Virus record (IMG/VR): IMGVR_UViG_3300020045_002573
Span: 1-55,979 of that record
Length of the DNA stretch: 55,979 bases
From: a virus
Taxonomy: Duplodnaviria; Caudoviricetes
Reading direction: 5' to 3' (one strand)
Position 1 is the stretch's first letter; each line of letters starts with the position of its first letter. The notes under the pieces were generated by a model. It saw nothing but the letters and a program-made list of their open reading frames with translations. It was not told the DNA's origin and ran no database searches. This document shows, piece after piece, positions 46,806-55,979 of this stretch. The translations under genes and the position numbers were made by a program.

Positions 46806-48952
46806 TGTTTGCGGCGAATCAAGGAGGTACGCAGGTCGCAACGGCGAGCGCTGCTGAGGCGATTGATTTCGACGGGACGAATGATTACCTGAGTCGGAGT
46901 TCTGATTTGGTGGGGAATGCGGACGGGAAGACTTTTACGTTTTCGTGTTGGGTGTGGGGTGGCGATTTGGGGGCAAACAACCTCCCGATTTATGTAGGTA
47001 CTGATGCGCTAGGTAATACTCGTAACTACATAATTCTTGGCACTGATTCCTTTGGGTTGAAGATAAACATTCGCATGGTTAATTCGTCTTTCTCGAATGC
47101 TATGGTAGCTACAGGTACGGTATCTAACTACATCCCTTCAGGAACATGGATACACATACTAATCTCTGGCGATAACAGTACAAATACACTCAAGTGTGCT
47201 ATTCAAGATGTTGTTGTTACATTGACTGATGATTATTCAAGCACGGACGATATTAAGTTTACGTTTCAGTATCATCGAATCGGTATAGACGCGTCCAACA
47301 AATGCAAAGGCCGCCTCTCCCACATCTTTCTCGACTACACCTACCGCGACCTCTCAGTAGAAGCCAACCGTCGCCTATTCATCACAGCCGACCGCAAGCC
47401 GACTCCAAAGGCTACTTTAGCTGCGCTGAACCCCATCCTCTACATGCCGATGGACGATCCGACCACGGCGCATATCAACGAAGGCACTGGCGGGAATTTC
47501 AACCTCACCGGCACAGTTGCTCGGAGTGGGAGAGGGCCGAATCAGGGGGTTGTGCCTTATAGCGACTTGAATGGGAGTTCGCAGTATTTGAGTCGGACGA
47601 GTTTGACTGGTGTTGCTGACGGTAAGCAGGTAACTATTTCATGTTCGTTTGTTGCAGACAGCATCACCGGAAATGATTACCTAATAAACATAGGAACATC
47701 TGGCGCTGATACGTTTGCTTTACGCAGAGCATCTGGACTACTCCAATTGTTGGCGTTCACGACTGGGCAAAGTTCAACTGTTGTCAGTGTAGACATAACA
47801 AGCAACCTCGTAATTGGTCGAAACTACCACATAGTTGTTTCATTCGATGCTGCCGATACCGGGAAACGCCACGCGTATTTGAACGGACAAACCCCTTCTG
47901 ATATTTCTTGGCACGCATACAACAACTCTACGATAGACTTAACGCAATCCGCATATAGGGTTGGCGCATTCCACAGCGACACATCGTCCAACTGGGACGG
48001 CCGTCTCGGCAACCTCTATTTCAACACCACCTACATCGACCTCAGCATCCCCGCTAACCTAGCAAAGTTCTGCACAGGCACGGGCATAGACTGCAAGCCG
48101 CTACCGCTTGGTGCGAATGGCGAGCTACCCACTGGCTTGTCGCCTTTAATCTACCTGCCGATGTATGGTAACAACGCGGGAAAGAACTACGGGACGGGTG
48201 GCGACTTCACTGTCGTATCAGGGCCATTCGTTGGAGCCAGAGGGCCGGATGAATATTGGGGGAATAAGGCGGATTTTGATGGGAGTACGGGGTATCTGGC
48301 GAGGACGAGTGCGCTGAGTGGGATTGCTGATGGGAAGACGTTTAGTTGTTCATTTTCGTTTAACAGTGACTCAGTAGCTGCCGGCCAGGTTTATTTACTG
48401 AACATGGGAGCTTCAGCCGATGGGCGTGGGTTTTGGGTTCAGAGAAGCGGAAGTGTGCTGCGCTTGTTTGGTTACGACAGCACAGGAGGACAAGTTCTAT
48501 TGTGCTCTTTTGGTACGCTTTCTGCCGCAACCCAATACAGTGTTCAAGCCTGTGTCGATTTGGCAGACGCAGGGAAAAGGTTTGTGTATTTGAATGGGGT
48601 GTCACAATCAGTAACGTGGTCTGCATATACAAACTCGAATATCAGCTACACAACAGCAGATCGCATTAGATTCGGTGCAAGTATCGACACAACCCCCGCC
48701 AATTATTACGACGGCAAACTCTCCGAGTTCTACTTCACCACCGACTACATCGACTTCAGCCAAGAAGCCAACAGGCTCAAGTTCCGTGACTGCTTCGGAA
48801 ACCCGGTAGAACTTCAATCCCAAATAGCCGCAGGAACAATCCCAAATCCCGCTGTATATCTCAGATTCGATCCAGCGAACCAAGGTAAGAATTACGGGAC
48901 GGGCGGTGATTTCACAAAATCAGGAACAATTACAGATGGGGGGAATCTCTAA
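46805..48952 (+). CDS. LamG/concanavalin-A-like triple-repeat receptor-binding protein
   Basis: Three repeats beginning (F/L)(D/N)G...YLSR.S.L.G.ADGK and ending G.L...Y....Y.D.S..AN...N.GTGG.F. Confidence 0.72.
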   Translation: MFAANQGGTQVATASAAEAIDFDGTNDYLSRSSDLVGNADGKTFTFSCWVWGGDLGANNLPIYVGTDALGNTRNYIILGTDSFGLKINIRMVNSSFSNAMVATGTVSNYIPSGTWIHILISGDNSTNTLKCAIQDVVVTLTDDYSSTDDIKFTFQYHRIGIDASNKCKGRLSHIFLDYTYRDLSVEANRRLFITADRKPTPKATLAALNPILYMPMDDPTTAHINEGTGGNFNLTGTVARSGRGPNQGVVPYSDLNGSSQYLSRTSLTGVADGKQVTISCSFVADSITGNDYLINIGTSGADTFALRRASGLLQLLAFTTGQSSTVVSVDITSNLVIGRNYHIVVSFDAADTGKRHAYLNGQTPSDISWHAYNNSTIDLTQSAYRVGAFHSDTSSNWDGRLGNLYFNTTYIDLSIPANLAKFCTGTGIDCKPLPLGANGELPTGLSPLIYLPMYGNNAGKNYGTGGDFTVVSGPFVGARGPDEYWGNKADFDGSTGYLARTSALSGIADGKTFSCSFSFNSDSVAAGQVYLLNMGASADGRGFWVQRSGSVLRLFGYDSTGGQVLLCSFGTLSAATQYSVQACVDLADAGKRFVYLNGVSQSVTWSAYTNSNISYTTADRIRFGASIDTTPANYYDGKLSEFYFTTDYIDFSQEANRLKFRDCFGNPVELQSQIAAGTIPNPAVYLRFDPANQGKNYGTGGDFTKSGTITDGGNL

Positions 48953-49129
48953 ATGATCGACTACAAAGAGCTATTGCGTAAGTACATGCTAATCGTTGCC
49001 GCTGAAGAGGGCGTGTCTCCTGATCGCGTATTAAGTGACTTCGACGCACAGCCAGAAACCTCTGGTGATACGGAGCTTACGCGGGAAGAATTCGACGAGA
49101 TTCACCGCATCTTCGAGGAATCAAAATGA
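48953..49129 (+). CDS. Small hypothetical protein (58 aa)
   Basis: MIDYKELLRKYM...EEGVS; fills the gap with an ATGA overlap; not in the ORF track. Confidence 0.6.
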   Translation: MIDYKELLRKYMLIVAAEEGVSPDRVLSDFDAQPETSGDTELTREEFDEIHRIFEESK

Positions 49130-49614
49130 GCCTATACGCACAAATCAGCAACAACGCAATCGAGCGCATCAATATCACGCTCCCGACAGTCATCAACGGT
49201 ACGACCATTCCTGACGGTGCCACTGGCCTCGAAGCCTTCGGACTTGTGCCGATTACAGGTAGCGAGCCTGCCTACGATCCAGCCCTACAGCGTCTCTCCG
49301 GGCCTAGCTATACGCTGGCAGGGGATACTGTTATCCGGGAGTGGACGGTTGAAGAACTGTCGCGAGAAGAAATCCGGGCAAGAGATATTCCGCAGTCGGT
49401 ATCAATGCGCCAAGCGCGCCTTGCTCTTCTTGCTGCTGGCCTGCTCGATACTGTGCAAGCCGCGCTTGCTGTTGCTTCTCAAGCCGATCAAATCGAGTGG
49501 GAATTCGCCACTGAGGTGAAGCGGGACTACCCGCTGATTCTGAACCTTGCCGCTGGTTTGGGCCTGACTGAACTCCAGCTAGATGAACTGTTTACCGCAG
49601 CGAGCAAGTTGTGA
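49126..49614 (+). CDS. Tail fiber assembly / accessory protein
   Basis: P.YDP..Q.L...W; PQSVSMRQARLAL...EWEFATEV...LDELF; paralog of 45748..46293. Confidence 0.65.
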   Translation: MSLYAQISNNAIERINITLPTVINGTTIPDGATGLEAFGLVPITGSEPAYDPALQRLSGPSYTLAGDTVIREWTVEELSREEIRARDIPQSVSMRQARLALLAAGLLDTVQAALAVASQADQIEWEFATEVKRDYPLILNLAAGLGLTELQLDELFTAASKL

Positions 49615-49678
49615 GACTCATGCTAGCAGCCATAGCGACTGGCTTCTTTGTCGCTGCTGTCATCATTCAGCTCACGCT

Positions 49679-50077
49679 ATGAAGATAATCGAAGAACGCC
49701 ACCCGGGCGAAAGCTGGCTGCAATGGAAGCTAGGCAACCTGCTTACCGTGGATCAGGACATCGTGAAATCCTTCGCCGTGGCGTGGTTGTTCAAGCGCGA
49801 CGGTAAATGGTGCTTCCTGCCTGAGCGCGTCGGCAATCAATCGCTGTTCTACAACGCGGTTTTCTTCGTCCGCTTCTGCTGGCCGTTTGGCCTCTTCTGG
49901 TCTGTCAGGTGGTCAGGCAAGACGGACAGCAAAGCGATTTTCCAGACCGGGATCGGTTTCAAGCTCAATGGTCGCTTCGCTCCGCTGTTTCGCTTCCAGT
50001 CCGACAAAACATCGGCGGCAGGAGTGACGGGACCGAACACGGGGCAGGCAACTGGTTTCAATTTCGGGACTCACTGA
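49679..50077 (+). CDS. Hypothetical protein
   Basis: Trp/Phe-rich ORF, likely start MKIIEE; GFKLNGR motif. Confidence 0.55.
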   Translation: MKIIEERHPGESWLQWKLGNLLTVDQDIVKSFAVAWLFKRDGKWCFLPERVGNQSLFYNAVFFVRFCWPFGLFWSVRWSGKTDSKAIFQTGIGFKLNGRFAPLFRFQSDKTSAAGVTGPNTGQATGFNFGTH

Positions 50078-50078
50078 C

Positions 50079-50450
50079 ATGCCGCTAAACGACGATCAAG
50101 CCGCCCTGCTCACTGGTGGGGGTGATTGCTTTTTGCATTACCACTCTTCGGATCAAGAACTTACTGATCGCAGTATTCGACAGTTCCAGCAGCGGACTAT
50201 GGTCCGGGAGGTCACAGGGGATTACACGGTCACACCTAGTGATAACGTGGTCGTGATTTCTGATGGGGATGTGGTTTTACCCGCCGCCAAAAACGGAATA
50301 GAGTTTATAATTGTGAATAGCGGAGTAACCCCGGTCTCAATCAGTTTCTCTAGCGGAGATACGCTGTTTGGTAACACGTCAGCTACCCTGAGTTCCATTG
50401 GCGACTCCCTACACTTCAAAGCTCTCAAAGGTAAGTGGATAACAATATGA
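50079..50450 (+). CDS. Hypothetical structural protein
   Basis: GGGDC.LHYH; DYTVT..D...V.LPAA..G beta-rich domain. Confidence 0.6.
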   Translation: MPLNDDQAALLTGGGDCFLHYHSSDQELTDRSIRQFQQRTMVREVTGDYTVTPSDNVVVISDGDVVLPAAKNGIEFIIVNSGVTPVSISFSSGDTLFGNTSATLSSIGDSLHFKALKGKWITI

Positions 50451-52018
50451 GTGATCCTAATCAGAGTTCGCAGGATAAACTGGCCAATAACGCGGACGAG
50501 GCGGTTCATACCCTCGTCACGCTCCCCGGCATCAAGCGCGACGGTACTATGCTGGAAGGTGAGTATTGCTCTGATGGCCAATGGGTTAGGTTTCAGCGTG
50601 GGAAGGCCCGCAAGATCGGGGGCTACCGCCGCATTACCGACGGCCTCTCCGGACCGATACGCAAGTTCTCTCTGTGGTCTAGAAAGTACCTGAATGTCTG
50701 CAACGCGTTCTCCGCGCAAGGTATTGAATCAATTCTCACCGACAATAACATGGTGGGTAATGATATAACCGACCGCACGCCAACCGGGTTTGTAACTAGC
50801 GACTTGAACGGCTGGACCGTTGATACTCAATACGACGACGCCGTGGGCACGGCAGGTACTATCGTCCTGGCGCACTGTAATCAATCGATGTTGAACATCG
50901 ACGACGACACCACCACTAAGCCTTACTGGGCTCTGGCCAACTCCGGCACCAGCCAGTTTCAAGTAATTGCTGACGCCCCCGCCGTGTCAGGTGGAGTATT
51001 CTCTCTGGCACCTTACACTGTCCTATTTGGCTCGGATGGATTTGTGGCGTGGTCCGACGTCAATCAGCCGCAAGTGTGGTCCGGCTCGGCTAACTTCGGC
51101 GACGCAGGTAGCGACCGAGTAACCGGCTCTAAGATCGTAGCTGGATTACCGCTGCGCTCCGGTAAGCTTGCCGCGCTGCTCTGGTCACTTGACTCCGTTA
51201 TCCGTATGGACTACGTCGGTGGTCAATCAATCTTCAACTTCTCTACAATCTCCACGCAGTCCAGCATTCTGTCTCAGCACTCGGTTATTGAGTATGACGG
51301 TATCTACTTCTGGATAGGGGTTGATAGATTCATGTACTTTGACTCAGCGGCACATGAACTGCCTAATGACATGTGTCAGAACTGGTTCTTTGACCATCTG
51401 AACTACGAGCAACGCCAGAAGGTGTGGGTAAGCAAGGTACCCCGGTTCGGCGAGATTTGGTGGTTCTACCCGCGAGGCGACGCCACTGAATGTACGCACG
51501 CCGTGATTTACAATGTACGTATGAAGGTTTGGTACGACACCGAGCTTACTCGTTCAGCTGGAGCTTACTCTCAGGTTCGTGTCCGTCCGGTGTGGGCTAA
51601 CAACACCCCCGAGTTCTCCGGTAACTACGGGCTATACCAGCATGAGGTGGGTACGAACGCGGTTGTGGGTGACAATGAAACTGCTATCTACAGTAGCTTC
51701 ACAACTCAGAACTTCGGCCTTCCAACCGGTGGTGTTGGCGACAGCCAGAATGGCCTTAGCCGCTGGACCAGGCTGACTCGCGTAGAGCCTGACTTTCTTC
51801 AACACGGGGAGATGAACTGCACCGTTCTAGGGTACGAGTTTGCACAATCACCTCCAGAGGACGAATCTTCGTATGCTTTCCTCCCGGAAGACGGTAAAAT
51901 AGACATGCGCGAACAACGGAGACACATCCTTCTTCGGTTTGAAAGTAACGTGCTAAACGGTTATTATGAGGCAGGAAAGGTTATAATTCATACCGAACCG
52001 GGCGACAATCGAGGCTAA
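50447..52018 (+). CDS. Tail tubular protein B / nozzle-like protein
   Basis: PGIKRDGT, DGQWVRFQRG..RKIGGY, FGEIWWFYP...EC...VIYN...WY, RVEPDF. Confidence 0.75.
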   Translation: MSDPNQSSQDKLANNADEAVHTLVTLPGIKRDGTMLEGEYCSDGQWVRFQRGKARKIGGYRRITDGLSGPIRKFSLWSRKYLNVCNAFSAQGIESILTDNNMVGNDITDRTPTGFVTSDLNGWTVDTQYDDAVGTAGTIVLAHCNQSMLNIDDDTTTKPYWALANSGTSQFQVIADAPAVSGGVFSLAPYTVLFGSDGFVAWSDVNQPQVWSGSANFGDAGSDRVTGSKIVAGLPLRSGKLAALLWSLDSVIRMDYVGGQSIFNFSTISTQSSILSQHSVIEYDGIYFWIGVDRFMYFDSAAHELPNDMCQNWFFDHLNYEQRQKVWVSKVPRFGEIWWFYPRGDATECTHAVIYNVRMKVWYDTELTRSAGAYSQVRVRPVWANNTPEFSGNYGLYQHEVGTNAVVGDNETAIYSSFTTQNFGLPTGGVGDSQNGLSRWTRLTRVEPDFLQHGEMNCTVLGYEFAQSPPEDESSYAFLPEDGKIDMREQRRHILLRFESNVLNGYYEAGKVIIHTEPGDNRG

Positions 52019-52021
52019 TCC

Positions 52022-53440
52022 ATGGCATACTATTCACCTCAAGTAATAGCAGATTACATCAAAACTAACAATCTTGATGCGGCGGGTGTAGCTGCGGCAG
52101 CCAAGCAGTTTGGGGTTAGCACGGGCGACCTTCAACTCGCGCTCCCGACCATTCAAAAAACTGGAATGTACGCTGACCAGAACCACGACTCGGTTGGCTC
52201 GTGGGGTAATACGGCCGGGCTGGGTAACGCGGTTGATTCGTGGGCTGGCACAACCCCACTGGGCGGTCAAACCGTTAATGGCTACGACTTCAGCGGGTGG
52301 AACGCCAATGACATCAACGGGTACGCAGGTATAGCAAGGGATCGCCAGGTAGCTGCGGGATCAACAGTAGACCTCGAGAACGGAAATAACTCCATAGAGG
52401 CCATGTTGGAGTTTCAAAGGCGTTACCCGACCATGACGTTGGACGAGCAGGGCCGGTATCAGAACGCAGCCGCGAATGACCCCCGCTATCAATGGGCTGT
52501 CAAGAACGCGGCCAATACCTCTGATAAGTTTGACGACATTATCGCCGCCAACCCTACGCTACTCGGTCAATTGAATGACCGCGCGTTTCGGGAAGATAGC
52601 GACCCGGACGCCTTCAAAGATAGCGCGCTAGGGGCGTATTACGCAGGTCAGCTGAAGTCTATGGGTAATAAAGATTTGAATCTTGCGCCCTCACAACTGT
52701 CTGCCGGTGAGAACTGGAATAATTTCATGTCGGCAGAAGCACAGGCTCGGCGTGACCCCGGTCAAGGTATTGATAGCCCACTTGGCATGTTAGCTGCGTT
52801 TGCCGCTATAGCTCTGTCTGGAGGGGCTGCGTCCGGTGCGCTCGGTGCTGGCGCAGGAGCCGGAGCAACCGCTACGGAGCTAGCTATAGACGCTGGGGCG
52901 TTGGGCGGAGGGCTGGGTGGAACAACCTCGATAGCCGAACTAGCCTCAATGGCTGGGCAGGGTGGTCTATTCGGAGCAGGTGGAGTTTACGGGACAGGCT
53001 TGAACACCGGATCTTCTCTGGGCAACACTCTTGCCGAAAAGACCATCTCTAATACCGTGATGAACGGCGGGGATGTAGGTAAAGGTCTAACTAATTCAGT
53101 GATGGGGCTGGGCACCGGGCTGGGTACCGCAGCGGCTCTTGGGTCATTACCATCCGCCGTATCAACCGGGTTGGGCTACGCAGGCACGGCTAGCAAGTTG
53201 GCGGGTGTAGCATCTACCACCAACCGTATATTGAACCCAGCTGAACCACCGACACGGGCTAGCTCCAATGACTCGCTTCAAAATGGGCTGACCTCAATGT
53301 ACTCCACCGCCCTAGGTAGAGCCCCTACTCAGGACGAAATGTCAAAGTGGACAAACATGGCTAATCAAGGCTTCTCTCCGCAAGACATAGTGAATGAGTT
53401 CAAGAAGAGCCCAGAGTTTCTAGCTAGACGTCCTACATAA
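52022..53440 (+). CDS. Internal virion / ejection protein with C-terminal DUF4214-like domain
   Basis: Gly/Ala-rich hydrophobic centre; MY...LGRAP...E...W...G.S..DIV.EF..SPEF. Confidence 0.6.
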   Translation: MAYYSPQVIADYIKTNNLDAAGVAAAAKQFGVSTGDLQLALPTIQKTGMYADQNHDSVGSWGNTAGLGNAVDSWAGTTPLGGQTVNGYDFSGWNANDINGYAGIARDRQVAAGSTVDLENGNNSIEAMLEFQRRYPTMTLDEQGRYQNAAANDPRYQWAVKNAANTSDKFDDIIAANPTLLGQLNDRAFREDSDPDAFKDSALGAYYAGQLKSMGNKDLNLAPSQLSAGENWNNFMSAEAQARRDPGQGIDSPLGMLAAFAAIALSGGAASGALGAGAGAGATATELAIDAGALGGGLGGTTSIAELASMAGQGGLFGAGGVYGTGLNTGSSLGNTLAEKTISNTVMNGGDVGKGLTNSVMGLGTGLGTAAALGSLPSAVSTGLGYAGTASKLAGVASTTNRILNPAEPPTRASSNDSLQNGLTSMYSTALGRAPTQDEMSKWTNMANQGFSPQDIVNEFKKSPEFLARRPT

Positions 53441-53452
53441 ATAGGTGATGAT

Positions 53453-54592
53453 ATGAGTATTTGGGAAGACTTACTAAGCGGTGCCAGCGACTTAGGCGGC
53501 TACTTTACAGGTGGCGACAGTTGGTCAAGTATGACGGATAGCGACTGGAATGACCTGCTAGGGGGAAGTGGCGACTTGTCCGGCACTGGAGACCTGTCAA
53601 CGCTTGACGACTCCGTGTGGTCGCTGGGAGACACGTTTACAGGCGACGTGCCAGACGACGCATGGGATACTGTATTGAACGTAGGTAGCGGAGACGGCTA
53701 TTCCACGCTATCAGACGAAGATCTATTTGCAGCCCTTAGTGATACAGGGCTGCCAGGCTATAACGCGCGCGGCGAGTGGATAGGCGGGGTCACTAGCGGT
53801 GGTGATGGGGGCTCCATATTCGAAGGCCTCGTGAACAACACGACGGACGCGGACGGTAACCCACTCACTGGCGCTGATTACGCAGAAGGCTCTGATATAC
53901 TACCTGGGTATGACGCAGCAGGTAACTGGGTAGGCACCGGCTCCAACGGTAGATCTATATTCGAAGATGAGAACGGCAACTCCGTTATCAGGAACACGGC
54001 TGACGCTAACGGTAACCCTCTGACGGGTGGCCAGTACGGTGGATCAACCCCAGGTGGGCTTCCGGTCACAGGGGGCGGAACAGGTACCCTACCCAGAACC
54101 GGCACGGGTACAAATACAGGGGGTGCGACCCAGCCGCTGTCCAATACCCAAGGTGCTTTGAACTTAGCTGGTCTACTGGCTATGCTCGCTGGGTTGAATG
54201 ACAAGAGTGCAATTGCTACCGCCGAAGCTCAAAAGCTGGGCAAGACCGGCTCGGTTACAATCCATGACATCAAAGCTAACCCGATGGCTTGGAAGCCTAT
54301 GGCTAACGGTGGCGGAGTGCGGGGCGTGTTGTCTCACGTGCGGGCCAACCCTGGCTTGATAGCTGGTCGGCAGAGTGGTCAAGCTGACGGTGTGCCTATC
54401 ATGAGTTCTCATGGCGAGTACATCTTTGATGCGGACACCGTATCCGCGCTAGGTGACGGTAACACCGAGGCAGGTGCAGGACTGCTTGATAGAATGCGCG
54501 AGAATATACGTAAGCACAAGCGTTCAGCCCCGCTATCGTCTGTTCCTCCCAAGGCTAAAGACCCGATGACCTATTTGAAAGGAGCCAAATAA
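53453..54592 (+). CDS. Internal virion protein
   Basis: Asp/Gly-rich low complexity with an internal duplication; C-terminal G..D.VP.M.S.GEY.FDA.TV.ALGDG...AGA..LD.MR domain. Confidence 0.65.
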   Translation: MSIWEDLLSGASDLGGYFTGGDSWSSMTDSDWNDLLGGSGDLSGTGDLSTLDDSVWSLGDTFTGDVPDDAWDTVLNVGSGDGYSTLSDEDLFAALSDTGLPGYNARGEWIGGVTSGGDGGSIFEGLVNNTTDADGNPLTGADYAEGSDILPGYDAAGNWVGTGSNGRSIFEDENGNSVIRNTADANGNPLTGGQYGGSTPGGLPVTGGGTGTLPRTGTGTNTGGATQPLSNTQGALNLAGLLAMLAGLNDKSAIATAEAQKLGKTGSVTIHDIKANPMAWKPMANGGGVRGVLSHVRANPGLIAGRQSGQADGVPIMSSHGEYIFDADTVSALGDGNTEAGAGLLDRMRENIRKHKRSAPLSSVPPKAKDPMTYLKGAK

Positions 54593-55979
54593 TGGCCTCG
54601 TTGAGCGAAATTAAAGACTGGCTCGTGGCTAATCCTACAGCCACCCCCGATCTGATAGCCTCCACTGCCGCCGCAAATGGCGTCACTGCGGCCCAGATAG
54701 ATGCCGCCATGACGGGCACCCCTGGCTGGACGGGCAACACCGCGCAGTCCTACGTGGCGCAAAACCTCCCGACTATGCAGCAGCAGTATGGGACCGACTT
54801 TGGCGTAAGCTATCAGCCTAGCGCCGCTGAACAAGCGATGGCAAAGGCTGCGGCATCAAACACCCCTGGCGTGATGTCTACGGGCTATATTGACAACAAT
54901 GGGCGATTCCAGCAATACCCGACCACACCTACGACGCCGACCACAACCCCGGCGAATATCACCAATATTGCGCCGTCGAATCCGTACGCGCCGACCGACG
55001 TCGGTCCTCCCGTCCCGCCTGGCTACGTTCCCCCGGTAAACAACAACGTCATCTACCCGATCAATCCGGACGGTAGTACTAACCCCAACCCGATTTTACC
55101 AGGAGGCGGTACGACAGGTGGAGGCCTTCCTACGGGAGGCGGTACGACAGGTGGAGGCCTTCCTACGGGAGGCGGTACGACAGGTGGAGGCCTTCCTACG
55201 GGAGGCGGTACGACAGGTGGAGGCCTTCCTACGGGAGTTAGCGCCGAGACACAAGCCTTACTAGATGAGATTGCCAGACTCAACGCGCTTAGGTCTCAGA
55301 CGCCTACCGATACCACATTCAACACGGGTGTTACAACTCAGAACCTGATGCCTGGGTACTATACCGACACCGCCGCCTCGGTTGCGGGTGGTATTCAAGG
55401 TATGTTGGGTAACGGGGGTTACCTGAACTCCGTAATGGACAACTGGTACAACGCGGCGGCGGGTACAGGGCCGCTAGCGTCTTACTCCCAGTACGACCCC
55501 AGTCGTATGCAGGACTTCATGAATCCCTACGTGGATAATGTGGTCAATGAGCAAGCTCGTCTGTCCAATCAGAACCTGTTTGACAAAGTCATTCCAGGTA
55601 TCAATAGTACGTTTGTAGGTAGCGGGCAGTTCGGTTCCGACCGCAATGGGCAGTTCATGAACAACGCAGTACGCGACCAGAACTACAACCTGTCAGGCCT
55701 TCAAGCTACCACGTTGATGAACGCCCAAAACGCAGCCAACACTCAGTACGCTGACTGGACTAAGCAAGGTGCGCTGCAATCGCAACAGGACTTCAGTAAC
55801 TGGCTCACGCAAGCGAACTTCCCGATCAACTCACTGGGCGCGTTGGCCACCGACACGGCGAATATTCGTCCGTCGCAACCCATGGCTACCAACACGACCA
55901 CCTCTACGGCTGACCCAGCGCAGAGTACCTCAGGTCTAACCGCTGCCCAGCAAGCCGCACTAGGGGTAGCAGGATTGAA
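54592..55979 (+). CDS. Partial internal virion (DNA ejection) protein, open to the window end
   Basis: ATG at 54592 after AAGGAG; frame open to 55979; FMNPYVDNVV...G.FGS.R motif; absent from the track because it has no stop. Confidence 0.75.
   Translation, partial: MASLSEIKDWLVANPTATPDLIASTAAANGVTAAQIDAAMTGTPGWTGNTAQSYVAQNLPTMQQQYGTDFGVSYQPSAAEQAMAKAAASNTPGVMSTGYIDNNGRFQQYPTTPTTPTTTPANITNIAPSNPYAPTDVGPPVPPGYVPPVNNNVIYPINPDGSTNPNPILPGGGTTGGGLPTGGGTTGGGLPTGGGTTGGGLPTGGGTTGGGLPTGVSAETQALLDEIARLNALRSQTPTDTTFNTGVTTQNLMPGYYTDTAASVAGGIQGMLGNGGYLNSVMDNWYNAAAGTGPLASYSQYDPSRMQDFMNPYVDNVVNEQARLSNQNLFDKVIPGINSTFVGSGQFGSDRNGQFMNNAVRDQNYNLSGLQATTLMNAQNAANTQYADWTKQGALQSQQDFSNWLTQANFPINSLGALATDTANIRPSQPMATNTTTSTADPAQSTSGLTAAQQAALGVAGL
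55102..55233 (+). repeat. Perfect 33-bp tandem repeat x4 (GGGTTGGGLPT)
   Basis: GGAGGCGGTACGACAGGTGGAGGCCTTCCTACG four times with no spacers, in frame. Confidence 0.95.

Noticed and set aside
43858-48952. Diversity-generating retroelement acting on tail genes
   Set aside because: No reverse transcriptase in the window, and I found no near-identical template/variable repeat pair differing at adenines.
55102-55233. 33-bp repeats as a CRISPR array
   Set aside because: The copies are contiguous with no spacers and lie in frame in a long ORF.

Overview
This window is most of a tailed dsDNA phage genome (Caudoviricetes) with podovirus-like virion genes. The holin/SAR-endolysin/Rz-Rz1 lysis cassette implies a Gram-negative host, and no integrase is visible. 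Bases 1-19.8 kb are a leftward early/replication arm: small accessory genes, a RuvC-like resolvase, a Cas4-like exonuclease, a DUF669 SSB, a Sak4-like AAA ATPase, a family-B DNA polymerase and an ATP-dependent ligase. This arm also carries an apparent thymidine replacement and hypermodification cluster at 8.6-15.7 kb: PLP enzyme, dCTP deaminase, amino acid:DNA transferase, inserted HNH/NUMOD3 endonuclease, P-loop kinase, aGPT-Pplase1 helical protein, dUMP hydroxymethylase-type TS homolog, HD hydrolase and DUF3310. From 20 kb the genes run rightward: SF2 helicase, primase-helicase, a G/C-tract repeat region (probable origin), terminase, GNAT- and PcfJ-type genes, portal, lysis cassette, GroES, scaffold, capsid, tail genes, two receptor-binding cassettes and internal virion proteins (the last is truncated). 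Four signals stand out. (1) The hypermodification cluster has a PLP enzyme but no radical-SAM isomerase, and its transferase block appears swapped next to a homing endonuclease. (2) Synonymous codon skew flips repeatedly from G/T-rich to C/A-rich around each variable segment of the receptor-binding genes. (3) A shared xGG motif occurs in unrelated proteins and may be a virion-targeting tag. (4) A GGGGCA motif is common to the early promoters and the probable origin. All product calls come from motif recognition by eye; no searches were run.
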